Of a DNA stretch of 64,000 bases, positions 1-8,926 are shown in pieces. A program made the translations under genes and the position numbers. Position 1 is the stretch's first letter. Each line of letters begins with the position of its first letter. Origin of the DNA: Candidatus Marinacidobacterales bacterium (GTDB taxonomy: Bacteria > Acidobacteriota > Vicinamibacteria > Marinacidobacterales > SMYC01). The notes beneath the pieces were generated by a model. It was not told where the DNA came from, did no database searches, and saw nothing but the letters and a program-made list of their open reading frames with translations. The stretch lies in contig OZ250169.1 in the NCBI GenBank assembly GCA_965237955.1, positions 800,001-864,000 of the forward strand. Direction: 5' to 3'.

Positions 1-29
1 GTGTCCCTGAACGTCAGGCACCGTGTGGC

Positions 30-137
30 CAGCCCAGCCCGCATCGCCGAAAGAACTGCGTCTCCCGAAATCAGGCTCAAACTCTAGCACACGAGCGGGT
101 TACGCGGCAGCCACCAACACTTGATTGCGGAAGCACC
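30..137. repeat. Copy of ~110-bp repeat ending in CCAACACTTGATTGCGGAAGCACC (element end)
   Basis: Close match to 44100-44205 and 52029-52131; the terminal motif also occurs ending at 529 and 15535, and reversed at 33126. Confidence 0.75.
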
Positions 138-245
138 ATGAATTTCCCATTCCTTGTCTTGTCACACGTATGTGTGAAGCCAAGAAAGTCGAAAGACTCG
201 GGCTTCCCCTCGCCGCGCCGTTTGCGGTTCTCGGCAGCATAGCGG

Positions 246-468
246 CCGGGGGCGCGTCCCAGTTCACAAGCTTGCCGGCGGTGAGCGAGATCCAGACGGT
301 CAGGCTCCCACGGTTGCGTAGACCCGCCTCATATTCACGCCAATTCCTCACGCGATAGGCCTTCTTCACATACTTCCGCTGAGTGCGTTTGAAAATGCTC
401 ATGGGGAACCTCGAATCCGTGAGTACAGGACAATTGTGGACCGAGATCGCGAGTTGTGCACCAAGGCA
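246..468 (-). pseudogene. 5' fragment of IS5/IS903-like element (one terminal repeat plus transposase N-terminus)
   Basis: MSIFKRTQRKYVKKAYRVRNWREYEAGL.. and GAGTTGTGCACCAAGGCA match the full copy at 48245-49331; truncated after WDAP. Confidence 0.9.
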
Positions 469-580
469 GTAGTTTAATGCAGCGTAAAGTGTTAGCGTCA
501 TCTCACCAACACTTAATGGCGGAAGCGCCCTGTGAGTCCCTAAAAGTAGAAATTCCATTCTCGGATTGTCGGAGGTTTCC

Positions 581-1252
581 ATGAAAGTTGCAAAGATGAA
601 GATGATGTGCGTCCTTTTCCTTGTGGGCGGGCTCGGTTCTTTCGCGTTTGGCCGGACGCAACAGAGCGACGATGCGGCGGCATCCAGCGCCTCGGATGAA
701 CAGCAAGCGCACGCAAGCGGTGAGATGGCCCCCGCCGCTTCGAGTATCGACTACATGGTGCTCGCGACGAGCAAGACATCGACGATGGATAAGGAGATGA
801 ACGAGGCCGCCGATGGCGGTTACCGTTTCCAAGGTGTGATGGGCGGGGGGACTTCGTTCGGAGGTTCGGAGGTGGTCGTGTTGATGTCCAGAGCGGCTGA
901 GGCTCCTGTGGAGAACCGGTACCAATACAGGCTGCTGGCGACATCGAAGACCTCGACGATGCAAAAAGAGCTACAGGAAGCAGCGGATGCCGGCTTCGAC
1001 TATCGGGGCCAGACCGTGTTCAAATCCGCTTTTGGAGGGGCAGAGGTGGTCGTGATCTTGGAGAAGGATCTCGACGAAGAGTCTACTTACTATGCCTACA
1101 AGCTTATCGCGACGAAGAAAACGTCCACGCTGCAAAAGGAGCTGATCGAAGCCGGCATTGAGGGATACGAGTTCGTCGGCTTCACCGTTTCCAAGAGCCG
1201 GTTCGGCGGGGCGGAATTGATCGTCATTCTCCGGCAGGCCCTTCCTCAGTAG
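581..1252 (+). CDS. Exported protein with three internal repeats (DUF4177-like)
   Basis: Signal-peptide-like N-terminus; three repeats of Y..(L/I)AT(S/K)KTST..KE..EA...G(Y/F). Confidence 0.75.
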   Translation: MKVAKMKMMCVLFLVGGLGSFAFGRTQQSDDAAASSASDEQQAHASGEMAPAASSIDYMVLATSKTSTMDKEMNEAADGGYRFQGVMGGGTSFGGSEVVVLMSRAAEAPVENRYQYRLLATSKTSTMQKELQEAADAGFDYRGQTVFKSAFGGAEVVVILEKDLDEESTYYAYKLIATKKTSTLQKELIEAGIEGYEFVGFTVSKSRFGGAELIVILRQALPQ

Positions 1253-1256
1253 TGTC

Positions 1257-1991
1257 GTGTCGAAAATACAGGTTGAAGTCAAGACGCTCGTGGGTCTCGC
1301 GGTCGTCGCAGCTTTGTTGTTCCATGTCGTACCGTGCTCAGCCCAGGCTGATGGCGAAGGCAGCCAGCCCTCAGACGCCTACCTTGAGTGGACGGAGAAG
1401 CAAGCCGTTGACACCGGGAAGATAATGAGGAGTAACGGTCGAGTGGGAGGCCGGTTGGACACGCGCATTCTAAGCACGGAGCACTCCTACAACTACAAAC
1501 TGCGCGCTACATGGTTGACGCCGGAGGTGATCCGAGCGACGGCGCGGCTCGCCCAGGTTAGGAACTGGCTGAGTGTGGAAGAGACTCTAGCACTGGTCGC
1601 TGAAGCCGAAGCCGCCGGTGACACTGTGATCTTGGTGGAGATCGACCCGCGTGAAGGCTCGGGTGTCATACCCCGGGATTGGTTGTCTCTGCTTCGACCG
1701 AAAAGGGAGCGGGAGACTTCTGCTCCCTCGTTGAGATCGAGAGGGACGAGCGTCCCCAAGCTGCGCAAGCTGAAGGGGCTCGCAGGCGTCATGCCGCGTG
1801 ACTACGACTACGATGTTTTTTGGGTCGTCTTTTCTCTGGTCTCAGCGTCGGGCGAAGCACTCTTTTTGAGTTCAGCGCGAGAGGCCGAGCTCGTCGTGCG
1901 CATCCGTGATAAGGAGGGCCGGGTTCACTGGCCGATTCCGGAATCGATTAGAAAGCGGTCTCGAGCCATTGCCGCACGCTCGAAGGACTAA
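1257..1991 (+). CDS. Hypothetical exported protein
   Basis: 244-aa ORF with hydrophobic N-terminus, starting 4 bp after the previous gene. Confidence 0.7.
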   Translation: MSKIQVEVKTLVGLAVVAALLFHVVPCSAQADGEGSQPSDAYLEWTEKQAVDTGKIMRSNGRVGGRLDTRILSTEHSYNYKLRATWLTPEVIRATARLAQVRNWLSVEETLALVAEAEAAGDTVILVEIDPREGSGVIPRDWLSLLRPKRERETSAPSLRSRGTSVPKLRKLKGLAGVMPRDYDYDVFWVVFSLVSASGEALFLSSAREAELVVRIRDKEGRVHWPIPESIRKRSRAIAARSKD

Positions 1992-2015
1992 GGCTGTGCT
2001 CCGTAAAAAGTCGAT

Positions 2016-2196
2016 CCCGTCCTGTGCCAGAACTCGGCCTTTTTGGAAATAGGCCATAAATCAGCAACTTAGTGTCTGTGTTTGCGACCGGGCCAAGGGC
2101 CGTGGGCTTTACAATCGTCTTGGGTGGGCGGGTCGTCACCATGCAGATGACCACCTAGTCGAGAGCGAATATCGAAGCGTGTTCCTGAAGCTGTTT
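2016..2196 (+). repeat. Left end/5' UTR of an rve-integrase IS (CCCGTCCTGTGCCAAAACTCGGCC..) joined to a second repeated segment
   Basis: Near-identical to 33162-33342. Core motif recurs at about 2890, 7720, 7834, 11205(-), 14231(-), 33498, 33963, 34553(-), 44083, 49558, 52010. At 33498 and 34553 it leads into a transposase start. Confidence 0.85.
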
Positions 2197-2247
2197 CCAC
2201 GCTACGCCGGTCGAGCCCACCGAGGGGCTACCGTCGCCGGCGACCAT

Positions 2248-2886
2248 CTACGCGGCACGGCAGTAGTAGTTGAGAATGCCCCCAAGTCGCTCTCGCGACA
2301 CGATGGGGCCAGCGTCATTCGCGCTTGCCGGCAGAGGTGTGAGGAGCTCGTTGCCAAGACCTTGGTGGTTCCGTTCTGTGTGATAGTGCACTACGTATTC
2401 GGTTACCGCTGTGCGCAGGTGTCGCTCACTGAGAGGTACGAAGCGGTCGAGACACTCTCGACGTATGGAGAGAACGAATCTTTCCGCATATGCGTTCAGA
2501 TTCGGACTATTGGCGGGAAGGCGCAGGGGCTTCACGCCTGAATCTCTCAACAGCCCACGTACCGCCTCGGTGAATAGTGGGTCCCGGTCGTGGATGAGGT
2601 ATCGCTTGCCAAGGAGGAAACCATCCCACATGTCAGTGAGGTTTCTTGCCACCTGCTTCATCCACTCCCCGTTTGGGTCCGACGTTATCCCACCGATGCA
2701 CACGCAGCGAGTGGCGATATCGATGACAAACAGGACATGGTAGCGGACGAGCCCGAACGGGTTCACAACCTCGACGGTGAACAGGTCTGTCGCAGCGATG
2801 GCGCCCCAATGAGCCTTGATGAAGGTGCTCCACGACATGCTCCTGCCCCGCTCCGGCGCAGGAACGATACCGTGCTCGGCGAGGAT
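2248..2886 (-). pseudogene. C-terminal half of rve/DDE integrase-core transposase
   Basis: [24 protein letters not shown]; homologous to 44502-45575; 5' part replaced at an end motif. Confidence 0.85.
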
Positions 2887-2909
2887 CCCGTCCTGTGCTA
2901 AAACTCGGC

Positions 2910-4255
2910 TGTCCTTCATCATTATTGATCCAGCGGGAATGGTACCGCTGGTGGCCCTACGACGAACGAAGAAACCCGGGTCGGCGCGCGCGGGCACTTG
3001 CCGAGATCACGCGATCAATGGGCCGCGGAGCTGGACAACGCAATCGCGAGGGACCCCAGCAATCGACGCGCAGCGACTAAACTGGGTCAGGCGGCGTCGC
3101 GCCATTCGTAGCGGTGGTGGAGCCCACTCACTCGCGGCAACGCGACGACTTTTGCGGTCGGTGATGGTCGGGGCGTGACGGGTCTTGAGTTCGGGGTGTC
3201 TTTGTCGAGACTCAAGTGGCAACGGTCCTCGTGGTAGTAGCTGATGTACAAGCGCATGAGCCGGACGAGATGCCGCTCACTGAGGACAACTACATGCTCT
3301 AACATCTCGCGGCGGCAGTTTCCGATCCAGCGTTCGGCGGTACCGTTTTGCCAAGGGCTGCGATAAGAAATGCGAACAGGCTTTGTGCCCATGGCCCTGA
3401 TGAACTCCACCACTGCAGGGCTGAAAATCGCGTCGCGGTCAAAGACCAAGTATCGTGGTGCCGTGTCGTATGGGAACGCCTCGCGCAGTTGTTGAATCAC
3501 CCACGCTGACGTGGGGTTGTACGTCGCGTTGAAGTGCAAGATATGGCGACGGCCGTGCTCGATGACGAAGAAGCCGTACAGCAGCCGTAGCGACGCCGTC
3601 GGTACGGCGAACAGATCCATCGCGGCGATGTCGTCCTTGTGGTTCCGCAAGAACGCAATCCATCGCTTCACTTCGTCGGGTTCGGCTCGGCGGCGCGGCA
3701 TGTATCGCGACACCGTCATCTCGCTGACAACGAATCCGAGCTTCGTCAGCTCAGCGTGGATACGAGGTGCACCCCAGCCGTCTTGGGCCATCGTGCGGAC
3801 GAGACGACGAATCTCGGCATCAATCCGAGGTCGACCTGGATAGCGCGGACGGGAGATCCGAGCCCAGTATCGGCGGAACCGATCTCGATTCCACCGGGCG
3901 ACCGTGTCGGCGTTCACGATAACGAGCCGGCTCGCCCACGCTGGCCACGAGCTTCGGAGCGCAACCCAGAATGCTCGGTCCGTGTCCTCGAGCGGTGGCC
4001 GGGGGCGCTCCTTCTTCAACGCCGTAACTTGCTGCCGCAGGGCCAGGTTTTCAATCACGAGGTCGGCTCGGCACCGACACATCGCCCGGATCGCACGGGC
4101 GCCGAGTGAGACGAGGAAGATGAGGACACGGAGCATGGCGGCAGAGTTTGCCGTCTCAAGACCGGGATCTCAAGCGGGAGATGCGCTCGTTGGCCGAGGC
4201 GTGAACGGTGCGTAAGTCCTTGATTTCAGGAGCGGACGGATATTGATGATGCACA
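2910..4255 (-). mobile_element. 1346-bp rve-integrase IS (TGT..ACA ends, IS481/IS3-superfamily-like), copy 1
   Basis: Near-identical to 39549-40894. Imperfect ends TGTCCTTCATCATTATTGATCC / GGATATTGATGATGCACA; no obvious target duplication. Confidence 0.85.
3087..4136 (-). CDS. rve integrase-core (DDE) transposase
   Basis: AAMDLF, FDRD, SPWQNGTAERW motifs; HTH region. Confidence 0.9.
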   Translation of the reverse strand: MLRVLIFLVSLGARAIRAMCRCRADLVIENLALRQQVTALKKERPRPPLEDTDRAFWVALRSSWPAWASRLVIVNADTVARWNRDRFRRYWARISRPRYPGRPRIDAEIRRLVRTMAQDGWGAPRIHAELTKLGFVVSEMTVSRYMPRRRAEPDEVKRWIAFLRNHKDDIAAMDLFAVPTASLRLLYGFFVIEHGRRHILHFNATYNPTSAWVIQQLREAFPYDTAPRYLVFDRDAIFSPAVVEFIRAMGTKPVRISYRSPWQNGTAERWIGNCRREMLEHVVVLSERHLVRLMRLYISYYHEDRCHLSLDKDTPNSRPVTPRPSPTAKVVALPRVSGLHHRYEWRDAA

Positions 4256-5115
4256 CCTGATGAACTCCACCACTGCAGGGCTGAAAATCGCGTCGCGGTC
4301 AAAGACCAAGTATCGTGGTGCCGTGTCGTATGGGAACGCCTCGCGCAGTTGTTGAATCACCCACGCTGACGTGGGGTTGTACGTCGCGTTGAAGTGCAAG
4401 ATATGGCGACGGCCGTGCTCGATGACGAAGAAGCCGTACAGCAGCCGTAGCGACGCCGTCGGTACGGCGAACAGATCCATCGCGGCGATGTCGTCCTTGT
4501 GGTTCCGCAAGAACGCAATCCATCGCTTCACTTCGTCGGGTTCGGCTCGGCGGCGCGGCATGTATCGCGACACCGTCATCTCGCTGACAACGAATCCGAG
4601 CTTCGTCAGCTCAGCGTGGATACGAGGTGCACCCCAGCCGTCTTGGGCCATCGTGCGGACGAGACGACGAATCTCGGCATCAATCCGAGGTCGACCTGGA
4701 TAGCGCGGACGGGAGATCCGAGCCCAGTATCGGCGGAACCGATCTCGATTCCACCGGGCGACCGTGTCGGCGTTCACGATAACGAGCCGGCTCGCCCACG
4801 CTGGCCACGAGCTTCGGAGCGCAACCCAGAATGCTCGGTCCGTGTCCTCGAGCGGTGGCCGGGGGCGCTCCTTCTTCAACGCCGTAACTTGCTGCCGCAG
4901 GGCCAGGTTTTCAATCACGAGGTCGGCTCGGCACCGACACATCGCCCGGATCGCACGGGCGCCGAGTGAGACGAGGAAGATGAGGACACGGAGCATGGCG
5001 GCAGAGTTTGCCGTCTCAAGACCGGGATCTCAAGCGGGAGATGCGCTCGTTGGCCGAGGCGTGAACGGTGCGTAAGTCCTTGATTTCAGGAGCGGACGGA
5101 TATTGATGATGCACA
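4256..5115 (-). repeat. 860-bp tandem duplication of 3396-4255 (truncated transposase plus element end)
   Basis: Repeats 3396-4255 (offset 860); ORF 4226-4996 lacks the catalytic E region. Confidence 0.9.
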
Positions 5116-5146
5116 GGCCTCTTTTCCGCCGCCACACGGCCCCCGG

Positions 5147-5218
5147 TCAGCGGTCAGGCCAGTCGCCGTGCTGTTCGATGGTTTCGTCGATCTCGGCCAT
5201 CAGACGCCGAGTCTCGGA
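5147..5218 (-). pseudogene. Shard resembling the C-terminus of a type ISP/IIG restriction-modification enzyme
   Basis: Translates ETRRLMAEIDETIEQHGDWP, similar to the recalled C-terminal motif of these enzymes. Confidence 0.45.
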
Positions 5219-5463
5219 AGGAAAAGGTTCTCTGCGGCGAGGGTGCTGCGCGAGCGGCATAGGTTACGAGCGAACGCGATGGCGTCCAGAACAACAGACC
5301 GGATATTTGGGAAACAGTCGCACGAGCGAACCTCTCCACGTTCCTAAGACGCCGGTGGCGTCGTCGGGTCGACCGGCACTAAGCAGCCGAGCATGACAGG
5401 CCTCAACCGCGCAAACAACGCTGAATCGACTTTTTGCGGAGCACAGGCAGCGATCACGTCGAC

Positions 5464-6504
5464 CTACATGTCTCGTCGGTTGTCTAGCCGCCCTTCAAGC
5501 GACTCTACCGCTTCAACAGACGAAGAAAACACCTCAAGCTCCCTCGTGAGCTTGTTCTTCGATTTATCGAACATCCGCTCCATCGCAGGCAGGCCATTCA
5601 TTACTGCGATCAGGCCAGTGAGCTTGTCCCTTGCCTCTCTCGCATGACTACACAGATCCTGAACATTCACCAACATCTGCTGACGGTTTTCTCGTGAGTT
5701 TGATGGGTGGGCGAACGCCACCTCCAAGGCGTTTGTGGTGTCTACCCACACGTCACTGAACCGGCTGTTTAGTGTATGGAGATCCACGGCCCGTGCGTCG
5801 TAATCCTGGCTCAAAGTTCTCAAAAGATATCTCACCCCCTTTAGATCATGCCGGCCAGAGAGCTTCTCAATCTCGGGCGTCTTCTGCCTGGCTTGGTCCC
5901 CCAGTCCTTGGATATGACCGGCAATCTTGTCGAGGATTTCCTTGCCCTCTTGGAAGCCTTCCTCAATGTCAATCGCGAAATCGATCACTCCAGGCAGGCT
6001 GCCGTCTGGCCCCTCGCCACCATTGGCATCTCCGTCTGGTTCGCTGAGCAGTTCAGCCTTCGTGGGACCAAAGTCTGATACTGGGTTGCCGAACTGGACG
6101 CTTCCATCGGCAACACCGCGGGCCAATGTCGACAGTTGTTTCTTCGCATGCTCAAAGACGTCGAAGCGATCACCGTACTCAAGGATCCTGTAGGACCTGA
6201 GATCGAATGGTGCCGTTCCAACATCCTGGGACAGCAAAACCACCTGTTTTCGTAGCGCATGTGCCAGACCAAGTTCGTAGTAGACGTTCGGATTTGCATC
6301 AGTTAGGTCCGCAACGACTACATCGGATTCAGCGATTGCAGTGACGATATCCTTCAGGATATTCTGCTGGCTGTCGATGTTATCTGAGCGAAGTGTCTCG
6401 AAGCCGGCTGACTCAAACGCTGGCTTGATGAGTTTCTCATATACCCAATCAAGCTTCTCATCAAAAGGCATCAATACGAAAGCGTGCCGCTGCTTGCCTG
6501 GCAT
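5464..6504 (-). CDS. Nucleoside 2-deoxyribosyltransferase-like (NDT/TIR-like) domain plus helical C-terminus
   Basis: AFVLMPF..ADLTDANPNVYYELGLAHAL..PFDL motif set. Confidence 0.75.
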   Translation of the reverse strand: MPGKQRHAFVLMPFDEKLDWVYEKLIKPAFESAGFETLRSDNIDSQQNILKDIVTAIAESDVVVADLTDANPNVYYELGLAHALRKQVVLLSQDVGTAPFDLRSYRILEYGDRFDVFEHAKKQLSTLARGVADGSVQFGNPVSDFGPTKAELLSEPDGDANGGEGPDGSLPGVIDFAIDIEEGFQEGKEILDKIAGHIQGLGDQARQKTPEIEKLSGRHDLKGVRYLLRTLSQDYDARAVDLHTLNSRFSDVWVDTTNALEVAFAHPSNSRENRQQMLVNVQDLCSHAREARDKLTGLIAVMNGLPAMERMFDKSKNKLTRELEVFSSSVEAVESLEGRLDNRRDM

Positions 6505-6791
6505 CTTCAGCTCTCCCCCGCCCAGTCGTCAATTCCACCGCAGCGGTCAGCACCGCGACCCGGTTGTTGGCAAGTCGTTCCTCACCAACAACGTCCAAGA
6601 CCCGCCTGACTCGCTCAATGAGCCTGCTGCGGACCTGCTCCGTCTCTTCCATTCATTCTCTTCTCGCCCAGTTCCGCCGACCAGTGTTACGCTCTTCTTT
6701 GGGAGCTTTCGGCATCTCCCGCTAAGCCCGGATATCACGCACGCGGGCGCTGAGTACACCCGTGCGTGACGCTCCACATAATACCACCGAC

Positions 6792-6911
6792 GGTACTGTC
6801 AAGTTGAGGCATTCAGGGCCGATCCGACCCCAAGATGTTGGTAACGCGGTGCGCTCAAGCCCCATTATCTAGCGGCCCGCTCCGAGCTTGAGACCTCAAC
6901 TTGACAGTACC
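6792..6911. mobile_element. 120-bp MITE with perfect 18-bp terminal inverted repeats (IS6-like)
   Basis: GGTACTGTCAAGTTGAGG ... CCTCAACTTGACAGTACC. Confidence 0.8.
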
Positions 6912-7263
6912 CTCCCAGATGCTTATCGGATGTCAACGCGCGCAGGTGCTCCGTGAGCAGCTCGGCGAGATTCTCAGCGGAGTCGACGGGTGCAAACTGG
7001 CCTAGCGAAAGTTGCTCGCGAAGACTCTCATTGACGCGCAATGCAACGTCACGATCGAAGTACTCCCGGCCCACCACGTCAGCAACAGCCTCCACGGTCT
7101 CCCGAACCATATTCTGGTCGAGTTGGGCTCGATCGCTTCGCGCCCGTGTCGCAGCAGAGGCCTCATCTCCTAGAATCGCGAAGGGAAGAGCGAAACAGGC
7201 AACGCCGAGTGTGCGCACGAACTCACCTCGTTTCCAACACGTGCGGACCTGGATAGCTATCAT
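6912..7263 (-). pseudogene. N-terminal part of an S41-family peptidase, truncated by the MITE
   Basis: Signal peptide; ..REYFDRDVA..LAELLTEHLRALTSDKHL typical of the S41 N-domain. Confidence 0.65.
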
Positions 7264-7298
7264 AGCTCGTTGCTCTCGGTGCAGCTCAAATCACGTCG

Positions 7299-7382
7299 GG
7301 ATAACGATACGCATCAGCTGTGGACGCCGACCCTGGGAGCGTAGCATGTATCGGCGTCCGGCGGCTGCACGTGACGTTAGGC
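7299..7382 (-). other. Integron attC site
   Basis: Minus strand GCCTAAC-GTCAC-GTGCAGC..GGACGCCGA/TCGGCGTCC stem..GCTGATGC-GTATC-GTTATCC. Lies 9 bp after a stop codon and 35 bp before the next start. Confidence 0.7.
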
Positions 7383-7391
7383 AACGCCCGA

Positions 7392-7475
7392 TCATAGATC
7401 CTTCGTCATGTGGTACTGCGTGTGTCCCTCTGGGAAATCATCTAGTTGAGCGTATACTCTGTAGCCTCGCTTCGA
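7392..7475 (-). pseudogene. C-terminal shard of a GNAT acetyltransferase (cassette remnant)
   Basis: SKRGYRVYAQLDDFPEGHTQYHMTKDL* resembles GNAT C-termini; ends just before the attC. Confidence 0.6.
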
Positions 7476-7716
7476 TATATCCGGCGACGATCAGGGCGCT
7501 GAGTCCTTCATGGCGGAGCGGTTGTCACATATCCCACTGGACTCTCGGGAACTCTTCTCTCCAAGGAAGAAGCTTGCCTTGGAAAATGTTGTTCGCCTTG
7601 CCAAGATCGTGCAAGACCGCTCCCGCGAGGACGAGTTTCCGCAGATCGGGTTTGGCTACTTCGGCAGGAAGGAACTCTTCTACTTCGTCGAGGATCGTAC
7701 GGGCTGCGGCCAAGAC
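7476..7716 (-). pseudogene. cas3: Shard of Cas3 HD nuclease domain
   Basis: AVLHDLGKANNIFQ, then in frame past a TGA QPLRHEGLSAL: both are Cas3 HD motifs. Confidence 0.7.
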
Positions 7717-8086
7717 GGCGTCCTGTGCCAAAACTCGGCCCTTTGAAATAGACCACAAATCAGCAGCTTAGACGCCCTTGGAATCCGCGCAGAATCGAGG
7801 GTGTTTCGCGCCGCCGGGCTGGCTTCCGACCCCGTCCTGTGCCAAAACTCGGCCCTTTTGAAATAGCCCATAAATACATCTGACATCAAGAAATGTAGAA
7901 GCGTGAGCGGTGTCAATTGGCTTTCCACCTCTCCGATCTAAAGAGGTCTGGGCACCGCGAGCCCGGTCAATCTCCGTCGTCATACCCCGTCACCGTGCCG
8001 CATTCTGTTCAACTTGTCAACGCCGGCCGAAAACTGCGCATTCATGGCGGATGAAAATTGCACACCCGAGCCATGGGTGGCGAACC

Positions 8087-8926
8087 CTATGACGCCGTCG
8101 CCTCCGTGTATTTCCTATGAGATTTAGCCGGCGGGTGAGGTTCGTCCGAACCCGCCGGATGGAGCGCTCGCCACAGTTCGGAGTGCTCTCTCATGCGGTA
8201 ACTGTTTCCTCGGATGTTGACGAGGTGGCAGTGGTGCAGAATGCGGTCGATGAGAGCGGCGGCCATGACTTCGTCGCCAAGGATCTCGCCCCATTCCTCG
8301 AAACTTTTGTTAGAGGTGAGCACGGTCGAAGCGCGCTCGTATCGCCTACTTATGAGCTGGAAAAAAAGCACCGCGCCGGTCTGGGTGACGGGTAGGTATC
8401 CGATTTCATCGACAACAAGCAGTGACGGATAACTGAGAACCGCGAGTCGACGAGTGAGGCGGCCCGCGTCACGAGCCTCTTCGAGGGAGGTGATGAGCTC
8501 AGCCAGGGTGCCGTAATAGACGCGCCGTCCATTCTGGGCAGCGGCGATGGCAAGACTAATCGCGAGATGAGTTTTGCCCACACCAGGAGGTCCCAATAAG
8601 ACGACGTTCTCCTTACGTTCAACGAACCCGAGCTCGTGAAGGTTCTCAATCTGCTCGCGTTTGATCGATGGCTGGAACGAAAAATCGAACTCATCGATTG
8701 TTTTGACCGCGGGGAGTCGTGAGGAGCGCATCGCCGCTTGGAGACGACGGTTGTTTCTCAACGTGATCTGCGCTCCAAGAAGGTTCTCGATGGCCTCCGC
8801 CGTTGTGACCGCACCGCCATCGGCATCAGATAGTACGCGGTCGACAGCTTCGAGCGCGCCAGGCATCTTTAGGTCGGCCAGCATCGTACGGATCTGCTCA
8901 CGTCGCGATATTGTGCTCGCCTTCAT
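8087..8926 (-). CDS. istB: IS21 helper ATPase IstB
   Basis: GPPGVGKT, LLVVDEIGY, LTSN, DRILHH. Confidence 0.95.
   Translation of the reverse strand: MKASTISRREQIRTMLADLKMPGALEAVDRVLSDADGGAVTTAEAIENLLGAQITLRNNRRLQAAMRSSRLPAVKTIDEFDFSFQPSIKREQIENLHELGFVERKENVVLLGPPGVGKTHLAISLAIAAAQNGRRVYYGTLAELITSLEEARDAGRLTRRLAVLSYPSLLVVDEIGYLPVTQTGAVLFFQLISRRYERASTVLTSNKSFEEWGEILGDEVMAAALIDRILHHCHLVNIRGNSYRMREHSELWRALHPAGSDEPHPPAKSHRKYTEATAS

Noticed and set aside
1872-2154. Short ORFs containing ..KGRVLAQDG.. or ..SCAKTRPF.. here and elsewhere
   Set aside because: Translations of the repeated non-coding element end
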